A program made the position numbers and the translations under genes. This document shows, one piece after another, positions 12,960 through 27,389 of a stretch of 64,000 bases of DNA; the first letter of the stretch is position 1, and each line of letters starts with the position of its first letter. The notes beneath the pieces were generated by a model. It was given only the letters and a program-made list of their open reading frames with translations, made no database searches and was not told the DNA's origin. The stretch spans positions 328,414,001 through 328,478,000 of the forward strand of contig OZ024741.1 of assembly GCA_964016885.1 (NCBI GenBank), read 5' to 3'. This stretch comes from Eledone cirrhosa. Taxonomy: Eukaryota.

Positions 12960-15436
12960 AAAACGTATACATACTTAAACATATATTCATACGTAACTAT
13001 GAATATATCAGAAAAGTAGAAATAGGGTTCCCGTGAAAAACAAGGGAATGTAAGGGTGTGTGTAGAAAGCGTATAACTAATAAGTAGAAAGAAGAAGGGA
13101 TAATGAAAGTGACTATGTGCGTGTAAATTGTTGTACATTATGGTAAGGTGAAAGAAGAGGCAAGAAGTATTCAGGATCTCTAAAAAAAGAGCGGGGGGTG
13201 TTAAGAAAGTTGGACAGAAAGAAGGTAGTGGGTGTGTATCTGTTAAAAGTTTGACAGAAAATGGGGAGATAAACAGGTGGGAAATAATTTTGTATAATGG
13301 TTGTGGTAAAAGGTATGTGTTTATAAATCGATCTGGGTAAAATATATGTTCATAAAGTGATCTGGGTAGTGAGATAAGAAAGGGTTAAGAGAGGTGGACA
13401 GAATGAAGGTTGTGGGTGTGTATGTGTTAAAAATATGATAGAAAATGGGGGAGGGTATAAATAAAATAAATAAAATAAACAAGTGGGAGATGATTGTATA
13501 TAATGGTTGCGGTAAAAAGTATGCGTTTATAAGTCGAACTGGGAAAAATGAATGTGTTCATAAAGCGATGATCTGGGTAGTGAGTGGAAGAGTTAATTTG
13601 TAAATAGGAACCTCAAAGTGTTTGAGCCTTCGTAGATGTGTTATACCAGCTGGAAAGGAGATGTGGTTTCAGGTGTAGACAACTTCTGAAGATCTTTTGG
13701 AATTGAGGCAAGTGGTAGGAGTTTACAGATTTTGAAGTATTCTGTACTTTTCAGTTATACACAAAGAACATTTCTTTGTGCCTTTGTGATATTCTTTTGA
13801 GTGGTCTAAAATAGACCAATCAATCAGTATGGAATATTTCTTTCTTTAAACTCTCACACTTTATTAGCCAGTGCCATAGATGTTCTTTTCTCAGGGTGTT
13901 TGAAGGAAGCGACATGTGCATAGTACCTGATTTTATTGTTGTCTTGAGCCATGCTCACATATCGCTCACTCTTGGCTGGTTGATTATTTATAATGGGTGT
14001 CAGTTTGGCCTCATATACGATAGATTTCGTATTGCATTTGCCCTGTAAGGGGCATTCTTCTGGTTTCCTGCAACTACATCCTGGGTTTCCTTTAGTTATA
14101 TTTGAGTTGGTAATTTTGGATTTCATTGATGGGCAGCAAGAGTAGCTAATTTTAACTAAATTTCTATTAATTATCTTGTTATATCAATGTTGCTGAGGGA
14201 AATGTTTGTCTAGGAGTTTGAGAATTTTCTTCCTACGTTAGTTTTAACTTTGAAAGAGAAAGGTGGGGTAATCCTTATAAGTTTTCTTTTCCTGTTATTG
14301 TGTTATCCTGTTATTGTTCGTTGAAACCGCTGTTTTTAAGGGCTTTATTATAATAAGGGGCTGCTTTTTTGAAAATATCTATAGACGATGATAAGGTAGA
14401 GATCCTACGACTAATATTAGGAATAAGATTTTTAAATAGCCTCTTTGTGTAAATATCACAAATTTAAGGTCTGAAAGAAGCAGTAAGTAGGCCAAGATTG
14501 ATATCGAGGAAGGTGGTATTAGTTAGGTTCGTATCTATAGTAATTTTTAGGTTTAGGTTAGAGAAGGTATTAATTAAATCTTTACGGAATTTATGAGAAA
14601 CAGCTAAACCATCGTGTCGGTATAAGCCGATATTATGGCTGGGAAATTTCTCTTTAAGTGTGTGGAGTAAGAATAATCCAACTAAATCGCACACATCGGC
14701 GCTATCGAAAGAGCCCATCGAGACATCAAAAGAGTTTTCTGGGCTTGATCTTTTAACCTAAGTATCTTCTTTAGCGAAAAGTAGTGTTTTCCTAGCGTGT
14801 AAGATAACATCCTCCTCTAAATTAGATATATTAATGAAAAATCTAGCAAAATCTAAAGTTTTAATTAATAAGGATTCAGTGATAGAGGGGTTGAAATCTA
14901 CAATATTAAATTGGGTAAATCTACACTTATTTTTCTCTTGTATATTATTAAACCATGATATCACAGAGGAAGTATTTAACCATTGGAATAATTCAGTCTT
15001 ATTTGAAATATTATGTTTCTTAGGATCTTTTTACTAGCAAGACCGATTTCAGATTTAGCAGGGTTGATTAGTCAACAACTAGGTCGATTAATAAAGTCTG
15101 ATTTATGGTCTTTAAGTGTAATATATTCTTTACGTTTGGCTAGGCTTTCAGTTCGGTTATCAACTTTTAATGTACTAGCTAAACCTTAAGCTTCATTATT
15201 TATGATATTATAAGTATTAATATTAGCTTTTTGATATTTAGCAGTGATGCTATCTCTTAAAAGTTGGTTGTATACATGTTTATTAACTTCGTAAAGGTTT
15301 TTAGTTTTATCAGAGAAAACAAATGTATTATTAGAGAATTTGATATTAGAAATGGCATTAGAAAGTTTAGTTAAAAATTGTTATTGTACTTACAGAATTT
15401 TAAGTCGTTAATCATGTTAACTAGGTCTACTTAAGC
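12960..15436 (-). mobile_element. Penelope-like element, decayed
   Basis: QFNIVDFNPSI, MGSFDSADVCDLVGLFLL, GLYRHDGL, CSCRKPEECPLQGKC..IVYEA..YV; ~184-bp tandem duplication at 13200/13384 in the 3' region. Confidence 0.9.
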
Positions 15437-15463
15437 TTATGTATGTGTGTGTGTGTGTATGTG

Positions 15464-15564
<101 letters not shown>

Positions 15565-15827
15565 GTATATATATATGTATGTGTGTGTATGTATATATGC
15601 ATATATTTATGGGTATGTGTCTGTGCATGTGTGCGTGTGTGTCCGCAAGTGTGGTTGTAGGAGCGAATATATATGTGTGTGCTTGTATATCTATGTTTGT
15701 ATATATACATATACATTTATTATTTTTCCCATTACATTATGTTCGTTATTTTATTTCAGCCTCGCTTTCAATTGTCCCAGAATTTGATTTGAATTCCGTA
15801 TCTCACTTCCATTTTAAATAAAATTTT

Positions 15828-15910
15828 ATTCTTACGACCGAAGTCAGATGTCTGTGCCAGGCTCGTCTGTCTTCGTGAAACCTTTGGTAAATGAAATAAT
15901 TATCTTATGT
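15828..15910 (+). repeat. Degenerate copy of the 47141/56561 hammerhead element
   Basis: att-CTTACGA-ccgaag...cttcg-t-GAAA-cctttgg-TA-aatgaaataattatcttatgttgtttat; the tail matches the reverse complement of 56538-56565. Confidence 0.55.
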
Positions 15911-16397
15911 TGTTTATCTCATTCGGTGCTAGGAGGTTGACCCTCTGTTTTAATTAGCTGTTTATTTTCCTAATGTAAGGTGAATAACACATGGCAATAT
16001 TATTGTTAATCAGCTATTAATTAAACTGTATTCCCAACACAGGAGCAACACCCTTACTAATATGGTGCATAATTATGTGTATTAGAGTCAAGTACTGATT
16101 ATGTGTGTATCTGTAGGCCTTTATACGTATCCTGGTGTGAATTAATCTTAGGTGTTTGTCGGTTACTGTGAAATTGGTTATTAATCGTAAGGACATATGT
16201 CAATGTTTGTATGGGATGCATAGTATACATGTTCGTCTATATGTAACTATACGTACACTCGTTTTGCATCTAAGACGGCTGTAGGTTTGTGAAATTGTTG
16301 GCCTAATTGGATATGCGTTCATATGTAGGCAATTTCAAAACACATCGGTTGTACTGTTCAGATATTTCATCGCTGACTTTAAGTAATATATATATAT

Positions 16398-16538
<141 letters not shown>

Positions 16539-16739
16539 TAAAGTCGAGGAATTAAACTTATTTACATGGATTGTTATAATCCAGGGAATATCATGTCCTT
16601 TTGTTGCTTTCCTTTTCTCTTGCTTTTCTTCTTTTTCTTTCCTTCAGTTGTTCTCGTTTTTTTCCTTCCTTTTTTTCTTTGTATATCTTTTGCTCTAGCT
16701 CTCTCGTACTACTTTTTTGCTCTTTTATTATTGCGATCC

Positions 16740-16945
16740 CTATAAGTAGGACATCAGACACCATGGTTTGCAGCGTAGAGGTGTCCTCCCTTTACGTTCT
16801 GAGCTCATATCCCGTCAAGGTTAGCTTTGCCTTTCATTCTTACGGAGTTGATAAAATAAACTACCCATAACGCACTGTAATCGATTTAACTGAATTTTCC
16901 CTCTCACTAAATTGTTGGCTTTGTGCCTAAATCAGAAACCATTAT
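16740..16945 (+). mobile_element. tRNA-derived SINE, diverged
   Basis: ctgagctcatatccc (B-box), ctttgcctttcattcttacggagttgataaa and tail ggctttgtgcctaaatcagaaacc. Confidence 0.8.
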
Positions 16946-17799
16946 GACCCTTTATTCTTCTCTTTCTTCTTCTTCTCTTGCTCTTTAATTTCTTCCTTTG
17001 TTTCCCCGTCATCGTTAGCTTCTCTCGTTTTCCTCTTGCTCTCCTTTCCTCTTGCCCTATATTTACCTGGCTCTACATCTGTTCGATAACTCTCAACACC
17101 TCCGAATATGAAGAGATTAGAATTCAGTGCTCGTGTTAAACGGAGAAATGTAAATAAACAAATAAAGAATTGTGATTATTATCTCTTTCTTCTCAGGTAA
17201 CGCCGGGTAGCTATCAAATAAACATTAAATACTTGATGTCTACAAACAAAAATTGTATATTATTATAATTATTGAATTCAGTATACATGCGATTAAATTG
17301 AAAATAAAATATATTAATAATATATATTTGTACAAAAGCGATCAATATAAAATATACTTATGCATTGATATTTTTTCATGGGAAAGTGTCCACAGACAAA
17401 TGCGCGAGTGCGTGTGCGTGTGTGTAAACGGGTAGCATGTATATTAAAATGATTCAATTATATATATTGAATTAAATCGTCCTGTGATTGCATTCTAGAC
17501 AGAATGTATGAAAATTAGCAAATGTATACGAGTGCAAAGAATGTTTATACATATGTATGATACAATTATTTGGATACACACCCACAAACACACACACATA
17601 CACACACATGTATGTACATATATATATATATATATATGATGTAAGTAAGAAGCAAATATGAGGTATCAAATATGTACCGGCACTCAGGTATTTGTAAGTT
17701 TGCACATAAATACAATATATATATATATATATATGAGAGTATTGAAGTTTGCTTGAAGCATTGTGGAATAATAATATATATATATTGTGGAATAATAAT

Positions 17800-17860
<61 letters not shown>

Positions 17861-17931
17861 ATGATATTAAATAAATGGAAACTATATTTATAAAACCATA
17901 TTTATTCTACTATATGTACCAAGGGTACCAA

Positions 17932-18632
17932 AACTGATTATACAGAGCAGTTGCTGGTCAAGCAGAAATTGAAAATTAGAATTGGTGCTCTGAAATAGCG
18001 ATATATATATGAATGTATATATAGTGTATTTTGCAATACACTGTATGCTTAATTAAAAGCATTTCGAAGACCTTACGCTATTGTTTTAGAGTAGTGACAG
18101 TCTCACTTATTTTAAATTTTTAGCAAACAAGGGAGATAAAGCTGACAGAGCTCTGTTTTGTACTGTTTGGTACTTTCTGGTACTTTTTGGTACTAGTGAG
18201 ACTGTCACTACTCTAAAACAATAGCGTAAGGTCTTCGAAATGCTTTTATTTAAGCATACAGTGTATTGCAAAAGACCTTATATATACATTCATATATATA
18301 TCGCTATTTCAAAGCACCAATTCTAATTTTCAATTTCTGCCTGACCGGCAACCGCTCTGTATAATCAGTTCCTGATTATTACTACAATTCTATAAGAATC
18401 AAACATTCATGATTTTCAGCAAACAGGTGGAGTACTTAGCTTTGATAAGTACCAAAAAGTCCGAAACAGAGCTCTGTCAGCTTTATCTCCCCTGTTTGCT
18501 GAAAATTTAAAGTAAGTGAGACTGTCACTACTCTAAAACAATAGCGTAAGGTCTTCGAGATGCTTTTAATTAAGCATAGAGTTTATTGCAAAATACACTA
18601 TATATATACATTCATATATATATATCTCTATT
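17932..18632 (+). mobile_element. Retrozyme-like 320-bp tandem unit (family B) with ~240-bp inverted arm
   Basis: agtgagactgtcactactctaaaac at 18195 and 18515; 17932-18173 is an inverted copy that starts inside HHR stem II. Confidence 0.85.
18438..18482 (+). ncRNA. Minimal type I hammerhead, U3-A8 core
   Basis: agct-TTGATAA-gtac caaaaa gtcc-GAAA-cagagctctg-TC-agct; palindromic stem III. Confidence 0.75.
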
Positions 18633-19405
18633 TCTCCTCGTCAATTTGATATGTCGGGCTTATGCCCACGTGATTCATTGACTTGTCTCTATTTTTCTTC
18701 TCTTTTGGTTGCATACCACCATGTGTTTGTTTTCTTCCCTCCGTTTTCCCACTGTCCCGATAACTTAATTGAGTTATCGCTCTCACTGATTTTAGGTATA
18801 GAGTCTTTAATGCGTCGGAATAGCACCGATAAACAGAAGACTACTGAAGAGGACATTTTAACCCTTGTCTATTTGTATTCATATATTCATGTTCGCAACA
18901 ACGCAGCACGCAATTTTTCATTCACATAATTTTTCCCTTCTCTGTGGTTCGTATATTTTCTGTTACCTTATTGCTATCACCCCTTCTCTCTTCTTCACCT
19001 CTTGCCTTCCTCAACTCCTGCTGCTGGTCACTCACCGGCTGGTCCTTCCTCCCACTTTCACTCACTCCCTCTCTGCTTCTCCCCCTCTCACTTCCTCCCG
19101 TCTGACCTGCTTGAATTTCTTTCCTCTCTCAATCTTCTCGCAGCTCGGACGTGTCTATTTCTCCTCGTCAATTTGATATGTCGGGCTTATGCCCACGTGA
19201 TTCATTGACTTGTCTCTATTATTGCTCTCTTTTCGTTGCATACCACCATGTGTTTGTTTTCTTCCCTCCGTTTTCCCACTGTCCCGATAACTTAATTGAG
19301 TTATCGCTCGCACTGATTTTAGGTATATAGTCTTTAATGCGTCGAAATAGCAACGATAACTGAGAAGACTATTGAAGAGGACATTTTAACCCTTGTCTAT
19401 TTTTA

Positions 19406-19410
<5 letters not shown>
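18627..19410 (+). repeat. 527-bp tandem unit (~1.5 copies) with conserved hairpins
   Basis: tctatttctcctcgtcaatttgatatg at 18627 and 19154; ends in (TA)n; related to 27390-28035. Confidence 0.85.
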
Positions 19411-19462
<52 letters not shown>

Positions 19463-19464
<2 letters not shown>

Positions 19465-19635
19465 AGGGCGGGTAAAATTCCCGAGATCCATGGACGAGTT
19501 CTCTCCAGCGGTCTCTGTCTCTCATTATCGCTGCCATCTCCTGCGTCTCCAACAGACTAGTGTCTGTCCTCAGGGCATCAACATACGTTAACCTTGGTCT
19601 TCCTCTTCCAGTGTGTCCATGTAGGGGCTCCCACA
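19463..19635 (-). pseudogene. RTE-clade LINE 3'-end fragment
   Basis: WEPLHGHTGRGRPRLTYVDAL...MRDRDRWRELV, with the RTE-typical RGRP and DRxxWR motifs. Confidence 0.75.
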
Positions 19636-19683
19636 TGCGTAACATTTACACGTCATTTATTGCATAACATTTACACGTCAAGT

Positions 19684-19733
<50 letters not shown>

Positions 19734-19895
19734 GAAAGTTATATTTAAATTGTTGGGTTACAACCAGTAAATATTTATAACTGATATAAAAGCACTCAAC
19801 AAGAAGGCATAACATATTGTTAATATGATATCCCTGAAATATATATAATGAAATAAATATGGTTTTATAGATATAATTTCCTTTTATTTAATATC

Positions 19896-19987
<92 letters not shown>

Positions 19988-20269
19988 ATAGTATTATTCA
20001 ATTTCCGTTGGTGTAATCAATTAATTTGATTGTTCAACAAGAGACAAAGACCACTTACAGTAAAGTTTTACTCAGCGTACGAATTATTCCAATGGGTAGA
20101 TCCTGTAGTAGTTTTACTATGCATTCCAAGTGTAACAATTTGCGTGCGGAGTGTATATATAGAAATTTACAAAACTATTATTTAAAAACAACATATTCCA
20201 GATAAGTGGGAATAACATATATTGCGTAACATTTACACGTCAAGTCATACAATTGTCAACTATATACTG

Positions 20270-20335
<66 letters not shown>

Positions 20336-20490
20336 TATATATATATATATATATCGATTGTCGATTGACTTTCGTCAAATCGGATCGAGGGAACAATGTT
20401 TCCATTGGTCTTTCCAATTGCAAATCCTTTCTATCGGTTGCAACTCCATGTAGAAGGAGCAACGTGAAATAAAGCGTCTTGCCCAAGTGC

Positions 20491-20584
<94 letters not shown>

Positions 20585-20850
20585 GTTATTAAAATAACAG
20601 ATTAAATATTTGCTCTACGGTTCTTATATATTTGATATATATTTTCCTTATCGAGCCCTCTTTGGATTTTAGTCTTCAATTTTATTATTATTACTATTAT
20701 TACTATATATAGTTATTATATAGTAAGGTGTATTATTGGTTGTGCAAAAGGTCCAATAAATTTTTGTTAGCAATATTAAGTTCTCCACGCTTTAGTATAT
20801 CTCCAATTCCATTCAAGGGAACGGCTAGATGATGTAAAACTGAGTATTAG

Positions 20851-20996
20851 TATCAAAATGAAAATCTGAAGGCGTGGTAAAATTTCCAATCATTTTAATC
20901 ACGACACATGTTTCACGATCGATCTATCTCTTATTGAAACATGTGTCGTGATTAAAATGATTGGAAATATTACCACGCCTTCGGATTTTCATTTTG

Positions 20997-20999
<3 letters not shown>
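20851..20999. repeat. Fold-back, 65-bp arms and 19-nt spacer, arms starting at an HHR-like GAAA-stemIII-GUC
   Basis: 20851-20915 pairs with 20935-20999 (2 mismatches); the arm reads tGAAAcatgtgTCgtg; (TA)n follows. Confidence 0.8.
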
Positions 21000-21069
<70 letters not shown>

Positions 21070-21458
21070 TAGGTAACTATTGCATGGCTTGATGTAATTG
21101 TCAGTTGTCAGGATATCCATTATATTTAATAGCTATTACACTATTTTTTTAAGAATATAAATTTCAATTCCGAAAATAAACTATTAAATGAACATGAACG
21201 GAACAATTTTAGAACTATTCCATCCTTCAAGCATGTATCTATACTACTGAATCTATGAAATGTAGAAGAGTTAACTTTTTTTTTATGTTTATCTTTCAAC
21301 AGATCACATATCACACTTCATAATTTTCACAGCGGTTGTTATATCAAAATTAAATTCACAGCGGAAGTTATATCTTCATTAGCGTAATGGAAGCCATATT
21401 TACATTAAATTTACGGTAGTTCTATTTAAGTTTTACATTAAAATCTTCCAATATACGC

Positions 21459-21528
21459 CGTGTACTATATATTATAATATATAGTACACGACGTTGTCAA
21501 TTAAATAATTATTTAATTGACAACGTCG
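21459..21528. repeat. Two abutting perfect palindromes (32 bp and 40 bp)
   Basis: 21459-21490 and 21489-21528 each equal their own reverse complement. Confidence 0.95.
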
Positions 21529-21669
21529 CTAAACATATCTAGAAAGAAAAAGACTACATGTGTCTGGGTAGCATAAATAGATGTAGTGATCGACAATTAG
21601 ATAGATAGGAGAGAAATGGAGAGAGAAAGAGATAGAATGTGACACACACACTATATGTATATATGTGTA

Positions 21670-21700
<31 letters not shown>

Positions 21701-21892
21701 ATATAATATATATATACACACACATATATATTCATTTATTAATTTTTTAAATTATTAATAGGGTAACACCATTATTGTAGGTAGTCACTAAGCACTTAAT
21801 GATGCGCAGAATGAATTAATTCCTCCATCAGAGTGAATACATTAAGTTACATGAATAATATATAGAACAGGAATCAAAAGGGAAACAAAGTC

Positions 21893-21938
<46 letters not shown>

Positions 21939-22020
21939 GAAAGAGAGAGTGCGAGAGAGAGAGAGATAGAGGGAGAGGGAGAGAGATAGTTAGAGAGAGA
22001 GCGAGATGATATATATATAC

Positions 22021-22065
<45 letters not shown>

Positions 22066-22097
22066 TAGAAAGATGGCTAGATAGATAAAAAGAGAGA

Positions 22098-22156
<59 letters not shown>

Positions 22157-22429
22157 GTAGATAGACAGGTATAAATAAATAAATATAAATGTGTGTGACT
22201 AAGTGTATTGTAGTATTAATAACCACGAAAGTCATTTCTTTAAGTGTCACTTAATCTTTGCCTCTGGACTTCTCACTCTTCGAAATATTTCTCATCGCTC
22301 TATCTCTATATAGTTTATATGGCTTTTCTTCTTTCGGTTGTTTCTATTTCCTCGCCTAAGATGTGTGGGTTATCATCAGAACCAGCAGCACCACCAGCAT
22401 CTTCAGCATAACTGACTTCTTCACATTCT

Positions 22430-22649
22430 GGTAGATTGGCAGATTCGGCAGTAGAGCGTCGGACAATATACTTAGCGTTAGAGACTCATGTTCTTTTACT
22501 TTCTGAGATCAAATCACACCGATGTTAGTTTTGCCTTTCATTCTTACGGGGTCGATAAAGTCAAGTACCAGTAACGCACGGGGTCGATTTAATCGATTTT
22601 TTACTTCACCGAAGTTGTTGGCCTCATGCCTGAATCAGAAACAATTATT
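22430..22649 (+). mobile_element. tRNA-derived SINE, diverged
   Basis: ttggcagattcgg, gagatcaaatc, tttgcctttcattcttacggggtcgataaa and the family tail. Confidence 0.8.
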
Positions 22650-22847
22650 CTTGTTGTTTTTGTTGTTTCTGTTGTTCCTGCTGTGTCTGAAAAAGGACAT
22701 TAGACTGACATTGCTTTCATGAATACATATGCAGTCAGAGCAGACTTTTATAGGGAAGCAAATTGTGATATCGTTCCCAAATCTACGATAAAAACTGGAA
22801 ATATCTTCATGGTGTTAGGTGATATTTATTATATTCGTGAAATTTAG

Positions 22848-23069
22848 GGTGGTGCATTGGCAGTATCGGTAGGGAGTCGGACGCCATGCTTTGGAGCATA
22901 GAGTTACGCCTCTTTACGGTATGAGTTCAAATCCCACTGAGGTTAGCTTTGCCTTTCATCCTTACGGGATCGATAAAATAAAGCACCAGTAAAGAATAGG
23001 GGTCGATTTAATCTACTTTCCCCTCCCCTTAAAAATATTGCTGGCCTTGTGCCTATAGTACAAACAATA
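22848..23069 (+). mobile_element. tRNA-derived SINE with 17-bp TSD
   Basis: A and B boxes present; TSD atattcgtgaaatttag at 22831-22847 and 23070-23086. Confidence 0.9.
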
Positions 23070-24164
23070 ATATTCGTGAAATTTAGATCGCCTCCCCTTT
23101 TTCAGGCTGACAACTGTGCCAAATCCCGTGCCACTGTCTTGGCTGTACCAACCGACTGTCTGTTCTAGCGACTCCATTGATGTTTCAAACCTCGCCAACG
23201 GTTACAAATCACATATAAACAAGATGTAGATTAAGGATAGGTTAGAAGCAACTTTCTACAACTTATTCCCCATGTTCACTGTCCTGAGCATTAATGATAT
23301 TGGGGGTAAGTGTGTTGGACTTACGATCATAATGCCTTGTGTTCGATTTCTAGACTGGGATGTGTGTTGTGTTCTTGAACAAAACAATTCAATTTCCGTT
23401 GCTCCGGTATACACAGCCGAAAATGAATACCAGCAGTAGCTAGGAGATTAACTCTACGATGGACTGGCGTCAGTTGCTTAACACTACGGAAAACAAAATA
23501 ATCACCAACCTGATGAGCGTCCATCTCTAAACAGACTTTAGACTCAACTGTTTATACGTATGAATAATAACAAAGCGATAAGGAACACGGGTGGTCCTGA
23601 AGACTACATCTATTTATGTTTTCATTCACTAGAAACCTAATATATGAGTACAAATTAGAACTCCAACGCTACCCGCAAGATTTTTACTAATCTGTTTACA
23701 TTAGTCTCACCTTAAACATCTTCATACTTTCAAGAATCCACGAATGGGGGATCATATCGGAAACCTCTATAAAATGTATCCGTACCATGTTCAATTTTAT
23801 TCTCTGAGGTGTCTACAATGCGACAATCATTTCATCCCATGGATTTTTTTTCCTGCAGCCTCTATAAAGATTAACGTTTCGACAAAACAATTGATCGATA
23901 CCATCATTCCTAGGCACAAATCAGAAACATTGCCCCAGCATGGTCGCCTTCTAATTAGTGAAGCCAGTAAAACATTAAGTAAATAAAATATTAGGTAACA
24001 CGTGGCAACTGTTTAGACGAAAAGGTAGGATCCGTGTACTAAACTATCCTCTTACATTATTTAAATTCATCCTTTTGAATCCTTAGCTCAAATGCCGCCT
24101 GACACACAATTACCAATTTAATCACCGTATAGATAACATAACAAATAACGGCATTGGCGCCATC

Positions 24165-24516
24165 ACTATCGTCATCCACCTCCTCCTCCTCCTCATCATC
24201 ATCATCATCATCGATATCATCAACATCATCATAATAATAGTCGTCGTCGTCGTTATTATCATCATCACCATCATCACTACTATCGTCATCATTATAATCA
24301 TCGTCGCAATCATCATCATCGTCCTCCTCATCAACATCATCATCAACATCATCATCATCATCATCATCATCATTATTATCATCATCATCATCATGAACAA
24401 CATCATCATCATCATCATCATCATCAACAACAACATCATTATCATCTTTATGGTCATCACCTTCATTTATTCGACTTCATCATGCTCACTATCACCAACA
24501 ACAATAATTCATCACC

Positions 24517-24569
<53 letters not shown>

Positions 24570-24790
24570 AACATCACTATTATCAAGATCATTGTCTACT
24601 CTAACATAATCATTAACATCATCACCACTATCACCAGTACCATCTCCACAACGACTATCAGCAACATGCCAGTCAGTACCGCCCACACTACCATAGCGAA
24701 TATTACCACCAAGAACAACACCACAAACACCACAATAACCATGACCAAAACCAACACCAACAACACCATTATATCATCATCATCACCATA
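24165..24790. repeat. Imperfect (CAT)n/(CAC)n trinucleotide tract
   Basis: Long catcatcat runs; source of the poly-M, poly-H and poly-I ORFs. Confidence 0.95.
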
Positions 24791-24858
24791 GATATTCCTG
24801 TCGTCATTGGTATCTCAAACAGTCTCATTTGTCATTGTTATCTATTAAGTTTCTCGTG

Positions 24859-25004
24859 TTTATAATCTTAATAAATTAAGTAAAACGTCGCGTAAACAAA
24901 AATAAAACATAAAAGAAAATGGCCGACACACAGGCAGTGACCACCATAGTTGCATACATACGTTAAGAAACATTTATACAGATACACAGAGAGGGGGCAT
25001 AGAC

Positions 25005-25067
<63 letters not shown>

Positions 25068-25330
25068 CTTACATACATACATGCATATATATATATATAT
25101 TTATATATATATTTACTACATATATGTGTATGTATATAAGTATATATGTATATATATATATGTATATACATGTATATATATGCATATATATGTATATACA
25201 TATACATGTATATATATACATATACATATACATTTATATATATATACATATATATATACATATATATACATATATATATATATATATACATATATACATA
25301 TATATATATACATATATATACGCACATATA

Positions 25331-25368
<38 letters not shown>

Positions 25369-25386
25369 AACACCCACACACATATG

Positions 25387-25436
<50 letters not shown>

Positions 25437-25582
25437 CATGTCTAAGGATCTCTGTGTATCTGTATAAATGTTTCTTAACGTATGTATGCAACTTTGGTGG
25501 TCACTGCCTGTGTGTCGGCCATTTTCTTTTATGTTTTATTTTTGTTTACGCGACGTTTTCCTAAATTTATTAAGATTATAAA
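24859..25582. repeat. Inverted repeat (~150-bp arms) around a ~430-bp (TA)-rich microsatellite
   Basis: 24859-25010 is the near-identical reverse complement of ~25434-25582. Confidence 0.9.
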
Positions 25583-25586
25583 TATA

Positions 25587-25775
<189 letters not shown>

Positions 25776-26260
25776 GCACATATATATATATATATGCACA
25801 TAATATATATATGTATATCACCATGATTCATACACGCCGATAGATAGACACAGAGATTGAGAGATACGTAAACTAGACAGGTACAGAAACGGACACGGAG
25901 ATAGGTAGACAGACCAAACAGACCAGCCAGAACAAGATTAGACCGAGGTGGACCAGGCTGGACAAGACAGGACTGGAGATTACACGGAAGACCAAACAAT
26001 AGATAGGAGATATGAGACCGAAAAATGAGAAAAATATATGTAGAGAGAGAGATTGTATCAATGATTTCAGTGATTGGTTGCGAGCGAATTTGTTTGTGTG
26101 TATGTACCTGTGCACGTGTGTGTGTTTGTGACTGTGTTTCACAGTGAGTCTATGTGTGTGGATAGAAAACAGAGTGATTGAAACAGGCATTCTGTGATTG
26201 GTTGAAGGACATTGAAATAGAGTGTGTGTGTGTTGGTAAGTGCAGGTGTGCAAATGTGTG

Positions 26261-26381
<121 letters not shown>

Positions 26382-26958
26382 TTGTGTTTGTGATTGTGTT
26401 TGTGTTTGTGTATGAATGTGTAAGAAATTGAGTTTGCACACATTCTGTGATTGGTTGTGAGATAGTGAATGTGTGTATGGATGTGTGTATGTATATATAT
26501 GTGTATGTGCACAAATGTGAGAGATTTGAACAGATTCTCAGATTTGATTGAAACAGAGAGAAAGACATAGAGTGTTAGTGAGATAATAATAGAAAGACGA
26601 GGCCAGAGGGTAAGACAGAGCGTATGAGTGAGTGAAGGAGTGAGTGAGTGAGTGGGAGACTGAGTGAGAGAGCCATCTTACGAAACTTTAGAAGAAACGA
26701 CGGAAAATAAGGAAGTACGTAAGTAGCAAAAATACGTAAAGTATTACATTTCTAGTCAAGTCACGGAAAACTTCCTAACTTTTATCTAAACTCTCATTCA
26801 TTATCTTATTGTTGGCTTTATCAGAGAAGTGTTTGTGAAACTAGGAGAAAGGTGTGAGGCTGTGATGTTGGGGGTAGAGAAACACTGCAGACAATATAGC
26901 ATTAGTATTAAATTATATACACACGCATGTACGCACACACGCACACACTCGTACGCAT

Positions 26959-27008
<50 letters not shown>

Positions 27009-27016
<8 letters not shown>

Positions 27017-27206
27017 CTTTCACCGTATTTTTAACTAAAGGAATTTTAGCTTGATAACGGGGTTTAGAACCCTCAGATAAATGGAAAAAGATGAGCATCG
27101 ACGTACATGTACGTCGATGCTCATATTTTTCCATATATTTGAGGGTTCTAAACCCCGTTATCAAGCTAAAATTCCTTTAGTTAAAAATACGGTGAAAGCT
27201 ATATAT
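27009..27206. repeat. Loopless fold-back palindrome (~99-bp arms, 3 mismatches)
   Basis: Centred on acgtaca|tgtacgt at 27107/27108; abuts (TA)n. Confidence 0.95.
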
Positions 27207-27249
27207 TTTCTAATTTCAAACTCGCTCACTGTTTCAAAACATACATACT

Positions 27250-27284
<35 letters not shown>

Positions 27285-27389
27285 TATCCTATATGAAACC
27301 AGATGAGAAGTGAGTGGTGTTGGCGGACAGATAACCAATATATACAACATGTGCAATATATAAAATAGATACTATACAGACAATATATC

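Noticed and set aside
18640-18682. gtcaat-TTGATAT-gtcgggcttatgcccac-GTGATTC-attgac as another variant hammerhead
   Set aside because: It lacks A9, GAAA and stem III. The homologous position in the 27.7-kb relative is a plain extended hairpin, so only the hairpin is conserved.
24122-24791. Poly-Met / poly-His / poly-Ile ORFs
   Set aside because: They are reading frames of a (CAT)n tract, with no splice or domain evidence.
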